NCBI GenBank assembly: GCA_021324685.1
Contig: JAJPIQ010000036.1
Coordinates: 1,423-65,422, forward strand
DNA from: Bacteroidota bacterium
Lineage (GTDB): Bacteria; Bacteroidota; Ignavibacteria; Palsa-1295
DNA length: 64,000 nt
Direction of reading: 5' to 3'
The position numbers were made by a program, and so were the translations under genes. A model generated the notes under the pieces. It was not told where the DNA came from and searched no databases. It saw only the letters and a list, made by a program, of their open reading frames with translations. How positions within the stretch are numbered: position 1 is the stretch's first letter; the number at the start of each line of letters is the position of its first letter. Below are positions 18,056-27,529 of the stretch, in pieces.

Positions 18056-18960
18056 TCTCCGCCAGCGCTGTTTTCCGCCTTCTCCGCCCGAAGCAATGGA
18101 CGAAAAATCTATTCGTCTTTGCCGCCCTCGTGTTTTCAAAACAGCTTTTGGTTCCGGAGTCGGTCGTGCTTTCGCTTCGAGCGTTCATTGCCTTCAGCTT
18201 TGTGGCCAGCTTTATTTATGTCATGAACGATATTGCCGATCGCGAGCGCGATCGGCTTCATCCGAAGAAACGGTTCCGGCCCATCGCGTCCGGAGAAATT
18301 TCGGTTGCTGCCGGGTATGCGATCGCTGCGGTCCTGCTGGTGCTCATTGCGATCGTTAGTTGGGGACTCGATTGGCGGTTTACGGCCTGCATTGTTGTCT
18401 ATCTCGCAATGAACCTGGCATACAGCTACTTTTTAAAAGATGTGGTGCTGATCGACGTGTTTGTGATCGCGATTGGATTCATGCTGCGCGTCATCAGCGG
18501 TGCACTGGTCCTGAATGTCGCGAGGAGTTCCTGGCTGTTGCTGACGACCATGTTCCTATCACTGTTTTTAGCGATCGCCAAGCGTCGAGGGGAGTTGGTC
18601 ACGCTCACGGGTGATAGGAACGATGCGACGAAGCTCGAAACGATGCCATACCACACACGAAAAGTTCTGGAGCATTATTCGATCGAGTTCTCGGAGCAAA
18701 TGACGACCATTTGCGCAGCAGGATTTGTCTTTAGTTATGCACTTTATACCGTATCGGAACGGACGGTTCGAATGTTTGGAACGGAGAATTTGATCCTGAC
18801 CACCCCATTCGTTCTCTACGGCGTTTTTCGTTATCTCTACCTGTTACATAAAAAACATTTGGGCGAAAGTCCGGCGGATGTCCTGCTTTCTGATATTCCC
18901 ATGCTCATAAACTTTGCCGCATATGCTGTTGCGATGCTGGCGATCATCTATCTTCGGTAA
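18052..18960 (+). CDS. UbiA-family decaprenyl-phosphate phosphoribosyltransferase (DPPR synthase, Rv3806c-like)
   Basis: N-terminus LLRPKQWTKNLFVFAALVFS and the Asp-rich motif YVMNDIADRERDRLHPKKRFRPIASG are characteristic of the DPPR synthase branch of UbiA prenyltransferases. The GTG start overlaps the upstream stop (GTGA). Confidence 0.8.
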   Translation: MISASAVFRLLRPKQWTKNLFVFAALVFSKQLLVPESVVLSLRAFIAFSFVASFIYVMNDIADRERDRLHPKKRFRPIASGEISVAAGYAIAAVLLVLIAIVSWGLDWRFTACIVVYLAMNLAYSYFLKDVVLIDVFVIAIGFMLRVISGALVLNVARSSWLLLTTMFLSLFLAIAKRRGELVTLTGDRNDATKLETMPYHTRKVLEHYSIEFSEQMTTICAAGFVFSYALYTVSERTVRMFGTENLILTTPFVLYGVFRYLYLLHKKHLGESPADVLLSDIPMLINFAAYAVAMLAIIYLR

Positions 18961-19019
18961 TACAAGGATTTATCCTGCGCGCGCACATTGTTCGATACCG
19001 GTGGGAACTTGTTATTGCC

Positions 19020-20477
19020 GTGACGGGCATCCTGGTCCTCGTTCTGTTTGGTGTAACCCAGCGGCTGGTTTTAGGATCTTCGACCTCTGCCGACCTTTCT
19101 ATCGTCGGTGTGCCGCTCGATGATGTCTATATCCACGCTCGGTTTGCAAAAAATCTTTTAGACGGTTTTTCATACTCTTTTACTCCGGGGTTTACCTTAA
19201 CAGCAGATACATCTCCATTGTGGGTTTTGCTCGTCGGGTTGGGCGGAATGTTTACTTCCCGGCTCGAACTTGTATCCGTCGTGCTTTCGGCTATATCCTA
19301 TCTTCTTATAGGAGTTGGAATTTATCGCGTTTCCCGCGATCTCCTGAATATTTCTGAATACCTTTCGCGAATTGCAGGATTCGGGGCAATCCTTTCGTCA
19401 CGGCTTGCGTGGAGTGGAATGAGTGGAATGGAAACCGCTTTGGCGACCCTGGTCATGCTGTTGGCCCTGGAGGAGCACCTTCGTTCCCGGGCTCGTGAGT
19501 GTGTGCGTCCGAGGGAAGCGGTGTGGCTCGGTGTCGGCCTGTTATTACGTCCCGAATTCTTCTTCATCATCGTTATTTTCTTGATCGATTGGGGGATCGC
19601 TCATGTGCGTCGAAAAACGAATCTCTCGGCGGCTCCTATTGCTTTATTGTTGCTGATCACGATCGCATCTCCCGGATTGTTCTTGCCTCTTATTACGCGA
19701 GGAAGTATTTTCTCTCACTCGAGTGTGGTCCAGGGTGCAGAAGTTTCCTTCCTGCCGAATCTCCGATATCTCTGGTTTGCAGCGAAAATTCTTGGCAGCA
19801 ATAATATCATTCTGTTTTTCCTGTTCATTTTTGGATTTTACTTTTTAAGAAACAGAGAACACGCGTCTGTCCTTTATATTATAGCGTTGGGCCTTCCGGT
19901 GGTCCAGGCATTTGTCGCTCCGCAATTTCGGCATCATGGAAGGTATTTTTTCCCTGTGTTGCCATTGATCCTACTCGGTGGCATCGCGGTCTGGAACGAA
20001 TTAAGGGGGAAGTTCGGACGGCCGTGGCAAACATTGATGCCTGTGCTCGTCTTGCTCGCGGGATTTATTGAAACCTGCCGATGGGCGGGGATCGAAGCGG
20101 AATCGGTTCGGAACATTAACGATCAGCACCTCGCCGTCGTCAACTGGCTGAGGCAGAACAGAGGTCCAACCGATACGCTCGCCGTGGACGATGTCGGGGC
20201 GATCGGGTATTTTTTAAATACGCCGGTGATCGATCTCACCGGCCTTGTGACGCCGGCCATTTGGAAGTTCCATCGCAACCAGGATTCAGTTTGGAATTTC
20301 GCGAGGGCCCATGGAGCGAACGTGTTTGTAATTTATCGTCGATTGAATCCTCCGTTTTTCGATCGCCATCGCGATGATCTCAAACTGGAACGGGATTTTC
20401 CCGTGCGTCTTCCTCTTACTTCGTCCGCAGATACGGTCATGAGCATTTATCGCTTGAGGGGGACCAATGGACCGTAG
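19020..20477 (+). CDS. Polytopic GT-C-type membrane glycosyltransferase-like protein (arabinofuranosyl/mannosyl-transferase-like)
   Basis: Multiple TM helices. The first-loop acidic motif GVPLDDVYIHARFAKNLLDGFSYSF is followed by TSPLW. The start is uncertain: the in-frame upstream codons encode IQGFILRAHIVRYRWELVIA, but no canonical start codon is present there. Confidence 0.55.
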   Translation: MTGILVLVLFGVTQRLVLGSSTSADLSIVGVPLDDVYIHARFAKNLLDGFSYSFTPGFTLTADTSPLWVLLVGLGGMFTSRLELVSVVLSAISYLLIGVGIYRVSRDLLNISEYLSRIAGFGAILSSRLAWSGMSGMETALATLVMLLALEEHLRSRARECVRPREAVWLGVGLLLRPEFFFIIVIFLIDWGIAHVRRKTNLSAAPIALLLLITIASPGLFLPLITRGSIFSHSSVVQGAEVSFLPNLRYLWFAAKILGSNNIILFFLFIFGFYFLRNREHASVLYIIALGLPVVQAFVAPQFRHHGRYFFPVLPLILLGGIAVWNELRGKFGRPWQTLMPVLVLLAGFIETCRWAGIEAESVRNINDQHLAVVNWLRQNRGPTDTLAVDDVGAIGYFLNTPVIDLTGLVTPAIWKFHRNQDSVWNFARAHGANVFVIYRRLNPPFFDRHRDDLKLERDFPVRLPLTSSADTVMSIYRLRGTNGP

Positions 20478-22209
20478 ACAAAAAATCATTCGGATCGTTT
20501 CCGGAGCGGTCTTGACGCTCGCCACGATTGCAACTCGATGGCCGATTCGCTCGAAAACATTTTTTGAATTCGATTCCATCAACTTTGCCGTCGCCCTGTT
20601 CCGGTTCGATCCGGCGCAGGTTACGCCGCAAATGCCGGGTTATATCGTCCACGTATTACTGGGAAGGTTATGTTATGCGATCACCGGCGATTTGAATCTT
20701 GCGTTTGTCCTGCTGAGCCTTTTACTTTCGATTGGCTCTGTATTATTCCTATGGCGTGCCGCGGCAGCGCTTCGAGGGGAACGCGTTGCGGCAATGGCTG
20801 CTGTGATCTGGCTCTCGACACCGCTTTTTTGGTTCCACGGCGCGATAAACGCGATCTATGTGGAAGAGGCCTTTTACACCAGTGCTCTTCTCTATTTGGG
20901 GATCAAATGGTTGCGAAGCACATCGCCCTCCTGGGAGGTCATTTGTTTTGGAATAGTCTTTTCGCTTGCGATCGGGGCGCGGCAGACGAGTTTACTCTTC
21001 TTCCTGCCTGCGACCATCTATCTCATGGTGAAGCGGCGGCCTTCACGGCGTATATGGAGTGCGGCGCTCCTTTGCTTTCTCGCACTATCGGCCGCATGGA
21101 CTTTGGAACTCTTCCGGGAGTCTGGCGGCGCGATGCATTATTTTGAACTTGCACGGTCAGAACAGAATTACAGGACGCTCTCTGTTTTATTCGGGAACCC
21201 GTGGCGGAGCCAGCTTGACCTTATTGCAAAAGTCCTGTTTTATTCGTTCGTTGTGCTCCTCCCTGCGTGGTTTTTTGTTATAAGCATAGCACTGTTTTTC
21301 GCTCCACGTTCGACCGCTTTTATTTCGAACGCGTCGAGAACCCGGGAAGCGAAGTTTGTTTTCCTGATTGCCGTTGTGCCGTTCCTTTTTTATGTGATCG
21401 TCTTTTTTATGAAGGCGGGGTACTTACTGAATGTGCTTCCCGGTTCCATTTTAGTTTGTGCTGTTCTCCTCGATCAAATGGCGATCTGGCTTGCGGAACA
21501 AACTAAGAAGAGACGACCGAGTTTGCTTACGAGACGGATCATCACTCGAAACGCGACCGTTTTGACCGTGATCGCGACAGCGCTGAATGTGGTGTGGTTT
21601 TTGGTTCCATGGCCCGGCACCCAACAGTCGCTGTATGATAATGAGGATACTCGGAACTCGTTCGTCCATGGGGCATTCAACCGGTATGAGCATTCCGGGT
21701 CTGGAGTTCTTACCTTAGCAAATCGTGCCTTCGAGTACACCAATGTTTCCGGCATTCAGGCCGTGGACCGTTTGAATGGTGCAACGCTAACAACGATCGA
21801 TAAAAACAATGGGAATGATTCGGGTGCCGTACTCTTAGCATCCTGGTGGTATCGATGGTGCTATGTCCTGCTCCCACAGGTCACCACGTACGATTTGGAA
21901 CTCGATCCTTTCCACCCTGGAAAATTATGGGTAGGACGCTCGCTGGACATGCACCGCGCTTTTCTTTCCATTGAAAATAATCCCCAGGATTCAATCGTGG
22001 AATTCCTCTCTTCCCGTCCGGTCTTGCTATTGCTCCGGCACGACCGTCCCGATTTTCAGGATGTTGCCAGACAAGTGCATCTCGTACGACTGCCATTGCC
22101 GGAATATCTCGATATCTATAAGATCCTCGATTCGACCTTCGTCCTGAAATGGGACGATCGAACGTTCGTAGGACATGTGCACCCCGGTTCAAAGGAGCCG
22201 TCTCGATAA
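20467..22209 (+). CDS. Polytopic GT-C membrane protein, DUF2723/PMT-like
   Basis: N-terminal motif FEFDSINFAVALFRFDPAQVTPQMPGYIVHVLLG (compare D....F....HPPGYP of the DUF2723/TMEM260-type), many TM helices, and a C-terminal soluble domain. The start overlaps the upstream gene by 11 nt. Confidence 0.55.
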   Translation: MDRRQKIIRIVSGAVLTLATIATRWPIRSKTFFEFDSINFAVALFRFDPAQVTPQMPGYIVHVLLGRLCYAITGDLNLAFVLLSLLLSIGSVLFLWRAAAALRGERVAAMAAVIWLSTPLFWFHGAINAIYVEEAFYTSALLYLGIKWLRSTSPSWEVICFGIVFSLAIGARQTSLLFFLPATIYLMVKRRPSRRIWSAALLCFLALSAAWTLELFRESGGAMHYFELARSEQNYRTLSVLFGNPWRSQLDLIAKVLFYSFVVLLPAWFFVISIALFFAPRSTAFISNASRTREAKFVFLIAVVPFLFYVIVFFMKAGYLLNVLPGSILVCAVLLDQMAIWLAEQTKKRRPSLLTRRIITRNATVLTVIATALNVVWFLVPWPGTQQSLYDNEDTRNSFVHGAFNRYEHSGSGVLTLANRAFEYTNVSGIQAVDRLNGATLTTIDKNNGNDSGAVLLASWWYRWCYVLLPQVTTYDLELDPFHPGKLWVGRSLDMHRAFLSIENNPQDSIVEFLSSRPVLLLLRHDRPDFQDVARQVHLVRLPLPEYLDIYKILDSTFVLKWDDRTFVGHVHPGSKEPSR

Positions 22210-23619
22210 TTCGGTTTCAAAAAGACCCTGGGGATCGAATCGACGTTTTAGTTCGAGGAAAGTATGGAGGGCTTTCTCGCCAATGAACGAACGAAATGCT
22301 TCACGCGTGAGCGTTGCATCTTTTGCCATGTAAAACCGGCCTCCGGCAGATAATACGAGCGCATTCAGCCGTTCCGTTAGCGCCCATAGTTTGGATCGAT
22401 TTTCTTCGGTCACTTTAAAATCGAGCGCAAGCGAAAATCCATCGACCGCATGGGTCATCAGGAACGAGTCTTGCCGGTGGCGTTTAAAAACGGCCAATAA
22501 TGGCACGAGGTCTTCCTTCTGGCAGAGCTCGAGTTGCTGCCGGAACGTTTCTTCTGCGTGTTCTTGCGGAATGAAGGATTGGTATTGTACAAGCCCGCCA
22601 GACCCGTACGATTTTTTCCAGTCGGGAACGTAATCGAGCAAGAACGCGAATGCGGCGTGCGCCTGTCGAAACTGCTTTCGTGGCCCGATCACGGCAGACC
22701 AGTATTTCGCCGTGTTGACAACGGCCATACCGAGGCGATTCGTGAATGGACGCAAAAAAAGCCAGACCATCGATTTCGGAACGATTCCAGCGATCGTCTC
22801 CGGTAAGTTCTGATGAGGTACTCGAAGTGTTTTCGCGGGGGTTGGATCGACGCCTGGTCCCAGATAATTTGCGCGGTGAATGACGGCCCGTCCCAGTCCG
22901 CTTCCTCTCGCGAAGCCATCGATCCAGCCGACGAGATAATCCGAGTGCGGAAGTTCACGATAAAAAATTTCAAAAAGTTTGTGAAGATTCTTCGCAACGA
23001 ATACCTTTACATCGAGATCGCCGGAGTATACCTTTTTCAGTTTCAGTGTAATGGAAGTAAAACACCCGAGCATTCCAAAACTGCCCACGATGGAATGGAA
23101 CAGATCGGCGTCCGTCTCCCGGCCAACGTGAAACTCTGCTCCGGAAGCAGCGAGAAATTCGAATGCACAGACATGCTCGCCGATCGTTCCGGCGTTGAAA
23201 TTATTCTTCCCATGAATATTCATCGCAAGAACGCCGCCGAGCGTGGGAAACATCGTTCCCGGGACGACCGGCGGCCACCAGCCGTCCTCGATCGTGTATT
23301 CCCATAACTGTTTGATCGTTACACCCGGCTCGCAGGTAATGATGCCGGATTTGGGATCCCACGCGAGGATGCGGTTCATCCTTGTAAAATCGATCACGAT
23401 ATTTTCGCGACCCAGGGACGCATCTCCGTAGCTCCGGCCGGCACCGCGGAACGTAATGGTGTGACCTGTTTCGCGTGCAGTGGAAATCGCTTCCCGAAGC
23501 TGCTCGACGGTCGAAGGCCGGTAGACGTATGCGGTCGCATCCACGGCGCCACCCCAGCCTTTCAGGCGTTCCAATCGTTCAACGGGAAGCATGGGGAATG
23601 GTCTTCGAACCGTGTACAA
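22189..23619 (-). CDS. dprE1: FAD-dependent decaprenylphosphoryl-beta-D-ribose 2'-oxidase (DprE1-like)
   Basis: Colinear with my recollection of M. tuberculosis DprE1: L.GWGG, FRGAGRSYGD, GGVLAMNIHGKN, GGLVQYQSFIP, GGRFYMAKD, and a C-terminal DP.GLFE.ELSRRLL. 476 aa. Confidence 0.75.
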   Translation of the reverse strand: MYTVRRPFPMLPVERLERLKGWGGAVDATAYVYRPSTVEQLREAISTARETGHTITFRGAGRSYGDASLGRENIVIDFTRMNRILAWDPKSGIITCEPGVTIKQLWEYTIEDGWWPPVVPGTMFPTLGGVLAMNIHGKNNFNAGTIGEHVCAFEFLAASGAEFHVGRETDADLFHSIVGSFGMLGCFTSITLKLKKVYSGDLDVKVFVAKNLHKLFEIFYRELPHSDYLVGWIDGFARGSGLGRAVIHRANYLGPGVDPTPAKTLRVPHQNLPETIAGIVPKSMVWLFLRPFTNRLGMAVVNTAKYWSAVIGPRKQFRQAHAAFAFLLDYVPDWKKSYGSGGLVQYQSFIPQEHAEETFRQQLELCQKEDLVPLLAVFKRHRQDSFLMTHAVDGFSLALDFKVTEENRSKLWALTERLNALVLSAGGRFYMAKDATLTREAFRSFIGEKALHTFLELKRRFDPQGLFETELSRRLL

Positions 23620-23635
23620 AATTCTGCACGGATGA

Positions 23636-24406
23636 TTATACGGGCAAGTGCCGGAATATGAACGAGGGAATCATTTTAAGCAGGCCGGTAACAAGTCTCC
23701 ATCGTGCTGGGATATACGCGGTACCTGTTCCCCGTTCTGCTGCGCGAAGGATGTACGTTGCCGCGTCCTGTGCCGAAATAAGCCAGAAAAGACCGGGTTT
23801 CCCGCGGGTCATCTCTGTATCGATGAAACCCGGTTTAATGGTGACCACTCGCACGCCATAGCGCGAAAGCCGATTGCGTAGCGATTCAAGGTACGAGGAG
23901 AATCCGGCCTTGGAGGCGCCGTACGCCGGGCTCCCACGTCGTCCCCGCTCACCGGCGACGGAGGAAATTCCCACAATCGTTCCACCATGCACCTGCTCGA
24001 AACGAGTGGCAGCCTCATTGAGCCATGCAACGGCGCCGAGCAAGTTCGTCTCCAGTGTTGCGCGGTCCTTTTCGAAATTATATTCGTGTTCGTCGATCGC
24101 CGGAAGGATTCCGGCCGCATAAATGATAAGGTCGAGGCCGCCTAAATCGTGGGTGATACGCTGGAAAAGTAGCGCGACTTCGCCGTTCCCGTCAAAGTTA
24201 CGAACATCCGCTTCGTAAACAAACGCTCGGCTCGTGTCCCGAGCGAGTTCCTCCATGGGCGCTCGCCGGCGCGAGACCATAGCGACGGAGGCGCCTTGCT
24301 TCAACAGTAGTTCGGCGAGGGCACGGCCGATTCCGCTCGAAGCGCCGATCACCAATGCTCGTTCAAATCGTGGCATTGGAATACAAACGTGGAAGAGCGT
24401 TCTCAC
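23636..24406 (-). CDS. dprE2: Short-chain dehydrogenase, decaprenylphospho-2'-keto-ribose reductase (DprE2-like)
   Basis: SDR glycine motif ALVIGASSGIGRA and catalytic Y..SK (AYGASKAG). The C-terminal tail ...PARWRLVTGLLKMIPSFIFRHLPV closely mirrors the DprE2 tail (...[21 protein letters not shown]). The start may be Met11 (24376). Confidence 0.75.
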   Translation of the reverse strand: MRTLFHVCIPMPRFERALVIGASSGIGRALAELLLKQGASVAMVSRRRAPMEELARDTSRAFVYEADVRNFDGNGEVALLFQRITHDLGGLDLIIYAAGILPAIDEHEYNFEKDRATLETNLLGAVAWLNEAATRFEQVHGGTIVGISSVAGERGRRGSPAYGASKAGFSSYLESLRNRLSRYGVRVVTIKPGFIDTEMTRGKPGLFWLISAQDAATYILRAAERGTGTAYIPARWRLVTGLLKMIPSFIFRHLPV

Positions 24407-24604
24407 GTGCCATTGTTGTATCTCGGTATTATCGTAGTCGGTTCTTAATCAGTACGTCAAAGGACGAGCAGTTCAACGAGTGGTCTTGTCGTCCCAAGCG
24501 AATTCTGCTGGGATCCTGAAATGTTGACCGCCTTGCGGACACATCCTAAACTTTTTCAATGCTCGAAGTTGACCTATTCCGATGGGTCCATATGTTTCTC
24601 AGAT

Positions 24605-25453
24605 ATGTACATCGGCATAGAGGGAGGAGGGACTCGAACGAGATTTTTTATTGAAAAGGACCGCGACCAAGCGGTCTATCTCGAAGAGCCGGTCTCGATC
24701 AAAGTTCGAGCTGAAGATTTCAGCTCCGCAGCAAGAAAACTTCAGGAGATGTTTTCTCAGCACTCGGGAATTTTCGATACGCTTGAGGCAGAGGGATTGG
24801 AGTTTGCACCCCGCATAGCGATCGGGCTTTCCGGCATGAGCAAAGCGGAACATCAGGATAGGCTCAGGGTGGCTCTCCAAAAACTTCCCGAATTCTCTCG
24901 GGCAAAGATTCATATCGAAGGCGATGGGACGCTGGCGCTCAAAGCGGCGATAGCGGATGGAGAAGAGGGAATTCTTCTTATCGCCGGGACCGGTTCGGTC
25001 GCATATGCAAAGTCGAAATCCGGCCACATCGAACGATTCGGCGGCTACGGGCCACCGGACTCCGATGAAGGGAGCGGATATTGGATCGGAAAAAAAGCCT
25101 TTGAGAGCGGAGATTGGCGGCCGGAAAACAATACCGGCCCGAATCGGACCGAACAATTAGCGGCATTAGCACCGCTTGTTTTTAAAGCAGCGATGCAGGA
25201 AAAAAATCCAAGATATGAGAGTGGAAAAAAAATTATTTACGGAGCTGCAACGTGCCTCGCCAGTTTGATCCAATCGGTTCACATTCCTGGAGAGGCTGCC
25301 CGGCCATCCCGAGTTTTTCTTTCCGGCTCCATCGCGAAGCAGCCCTTGATGATCCGCAATTTACAGTCCCTGCTACCCGATAATGAACTTATAAAATTGG
25401 ATGACGAGGCGCCGGCAAGAAAAGCATTGGAGATAGCAAAATCGCTCGTTTAA
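24605..25453 (+). CDS. BadF/BadG/BcrA/BcrD-type ATPase (N-acetylglucosamine kinase-like)
   Basis: MYIGIEGGGTRTR, LIAGTGSVAYA, GGYGPPDSDEGSGYWIG. The track ORF begins at 24521. ATG 24605 gives the typical N-terminus. Confidence 0.7.
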   Translation: MYIGIEGGGTRTRFFIEKDRDQAVYLEEPVSIKVRAEDFSSAARKLQEMFSQHSGIFDTLEAEGLEFAPRIAIGLSGMSKAEHQDRLRVALQKLPEFSRAKIHIEGDGTLALKAAIADGEEGILLIAGTGSVAYAKSKSGHIERFGGYGPPDSDEGSGYWIGKKAFESGDWRPENNTGPNRTEQLAALAPLVFKAAMQEKNPRYESGKKIIYGAATCLASLIQSVHIPGEAARPSRVFLSGSIAKQPLMIRNLQSLLPDNELIKLDDEAPARKALEIAKSLV

Positions 25454-25723
25454 AGCCATTTTATTCTCTGTTTTCAAGGCCGTGTTCGATGTCGGAACGG
25501 GTGTTGCCCAGGCTTCGTTTAGGCCGCACCTCCAGCGTATTTGGCCTCCGGTGGCGACCCAAATGCGAGACTTTTTGTGACGATAGCTAAAATCATGAAT
25601 TCGATGGCCGAACCCCACATTTCAACCTCCTCGAGCCTCCCCAAAACACAAAATGGCCAGAGTAACGGAACCTCACAACATTCTCATTCCACGGCAGAGC
25701 GGTCGGTCGCTGCGGGAACCCAA

Positions 25724-26851
25724 ATGAAGAATTCGGTTCCCGATCTGTTCCAGCAACTCGCCGAGCGCGACCATGAGCAAGTCGTCCTTTGTCACGATAA
25801 ACGTTCCGGACTCCGCGCGATCATCGGTATCCATAATACGACGCTCGGTCCCGCCCTGGGCGGCTGCCGAATGTGGACGTATGCCAGCGACTTCGACGCG
25901 CTGAACGATGTCCTTCGCCTTTCCCGTGGCATGACCTACAAAGCGGCTGTTGCGGGACTCAATTTGGGCGGCGGCAAAGCGGTCATTATTGGCGATCCGC
26001 GTAAGGACAAGAGCGAAGCGATGTTTCGCGCCTTCGGACGTTTTGTGGAAGGACTCGGAGGACGCTATATCACGGCAGAAGATGTCGGCACCGGTCTTGG
26101 CGAGATGGTCTGGATTCGTTCCGAGACAAAATACGTCACTGGTATTCCGGCAGAGTTAGGGGGCTCGGGCGATCCTTCTCCGGTCACGGCCCATGGAACG
26201 TATGTTGGGATTAAGGCCTGCGCCCATGTAAAATATGGGAGCGATTCGTTGGCCGGCAAGCACGTCGTGATCCAGGGAGCTGGGCATGTGGCCGCTTCGC
26301 TCGCAAAATATTTGACGGACGAAGGCGCGAAGGTTACGATCACCGATATTTATACAGAAAAGGCAAACGAAGTCGCGCGCGCCACGGGTGCCACAGTCGT
26401 CGCTCCGGAAAAAATTTACGGGCTTGCCTGCGATATTTTCGCTCCGGCAGCGCTGGGAGCCATTATTAACGATGAAACGATCCCGCAGTTGAAATGCGCG
26501 ATCGTCGCCGGGCCGGCAAACAACCAGCTTGCCGATGAAGAGCGCCATGCGCTGGCCCTCAAGGAACGTGGAATCTTATTTGCACCGGATTATGTGATCA
26601 ATGCTGGTGGCCTGATCAACGTCGCCAACGAGCTCGAAGGCTATTCGCAGTCGCGAGCATTGAAGCAAGCCGATGGCATTTACGATGTGCTCAAGAAGAT
26701 ACTCCTGCTTGCCCAGGAAAAGAACATCACCACCGTCGAGGCCTCGAATCACGTTGCCGAAGAACGACTTCGTGCGATCGGGGCGACGAAACGGGTGTAC
26801 GCTTCGAGTTCGAACTTTAGCGGCCGATTTGGGGAATACTGGAAGCGGTAA
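25724..26851 (+). CDS. ldh: Leucine (Glu/Leu/Phe/Val family) dehydrogenase
   Basis: HEQVVLCHDKRSGLRAIIGIHNTTLGPALGGCRMW, AGLNLGGGKAVIIGDP, ITAEDVGT, VIQGAGHVA. ATG 25724 gives the canonical N-terminal length. Longer in-frame starts (25541, 25595) would add a Ser/Thr/Gln-rich extension. Confidence 0.85.
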   Translation: MKNSVPDLFQQLAERDHEQVVLCHDKRSGLRAIIGIHNTTLGPALGGCRMWTYASDFDALNDVLRLSRGMTYKAAVAGLNLGGGKAVIIGDPRKDKSEAMFRAFGRFVEGLGGRYITAEDVGTGLGEMVWIRSETKYVTGIPAELGGSGDPSPVTAHGTYVGIKACAHVKYGSDSLAGKHVVIQGAGHVAASLAKYLTDEGAKVTITDIYTEKANEVARATGATVVAPEKIYGLACDIFAPAALGAIINDETIPQLKCAIVAGPANNQLADEERHALALKERGILFAPDYVINAGGLINVANELEGYSQSRALKQADGIYDVLKKILLLAQEKNITTVEASNHVAEERLRAIGATKRVYASSSNFSGRFGEYWKR

Positions 26852-26867
26852 CCAAAATTACTCGATA

Positions 26868-26896
26868 AAACGGAGCGGGCACTGCCCGCTCCGTTT
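26868..26896. terminator. Bidirectional hairpin terminator between convergent genes
   Basis: aaacggagcgggc-act-gcccgctccgttt: a 13-bp perfect stem flanked by A-run and T-run. Confidence 0.7.
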
Positions 26897-26927
26897 CGTT
26901 TAAAGCATTTTTGATTCTGCTCATTTT

Positions 26928-27368
26928 TTAATTCTGCTGTGGTGCAGCTTGTTCGCCCGATTCCTGACGCTGCCACCGTCCGTGTTCGTGCTTGGCCATC
27001 ATATCCTTCCACTTTGCCTGCTGATCGGCGGTAAGGATAGGGGTGATCTGGTCGCGAACGGCTCGCATATCGGCCCGCATTTTTTGGAACGCAGCCTTCT
27101 TTGCATCGGAGCCATCGGCAGCGTTCTTTACGGCTTCGCGGTCCGCTTTGAACGTCGCCTGGTTATTTTTATAGATCGTTTTTATTTGCGAAACTTGCGC
27201 GTCTGAAAGATTGAGCGCTTTCTTCATGTGTTCGATCCGTTTTTCCGGACCGTCATGCCGCGCGCTGGCGAACGCGGTATATGCACCGATGGAAATTGCC
27301 GCGGCTGCCAATACGATGATCGAGAGTCTTTTGAGTATCATAGTCATTCCTTGAATAAGTGATTGCAT
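26928..27368 (-). CDS. Periplasmic Spy/CpxP-family (LTxxQ motif) protein
   Basis: Signal peptide MILKRLSIIVLAAAAISIGAYTAFA. LNLSDAQVSQIK and ILTADQQAKWKDM are LTxxQ-like motifs. The start may be Met8 or Met10. Confidence 0.65.
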   Translation of the reverse strand: MQSLIQGMTMILKRLSIIVLAAAAISIGAYTAFASARHDGPEKRIEHMKKALNLSDAQVSQIKTIYKNNQATFKADREAVKNAADGSDAKKAAFQKMRADMRAVRDQITPILTADQQAKWKDMMAKHEHGRWQRQESGEQAAPQQN

Positions 27369-27482
27369 GTTGGATTGTATTCATGACATACTCTCTGAAA
27401 TTCATAATTGTTACGCCCACCCGCTTTAATCTTTATTCATGGAAAGAAGGATAATTAAAAAGAAACGGGCATACATAAACAA

Positions 27483-27506
27483 GGTCTCTTTTGGGGAAAA
27501 GAGACC
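27483..27506 (-). terminator. Hairpin terminator candidate after the YfhO-like gene
   Basis: ggtctctttt-gggg-aaaagagacc, 24 nt beyond the minus-strand stop at 27530. Confidence 0.6.
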
Positions 27507-27529
27507 CTATGAAAGAAATAGAAAGTATG

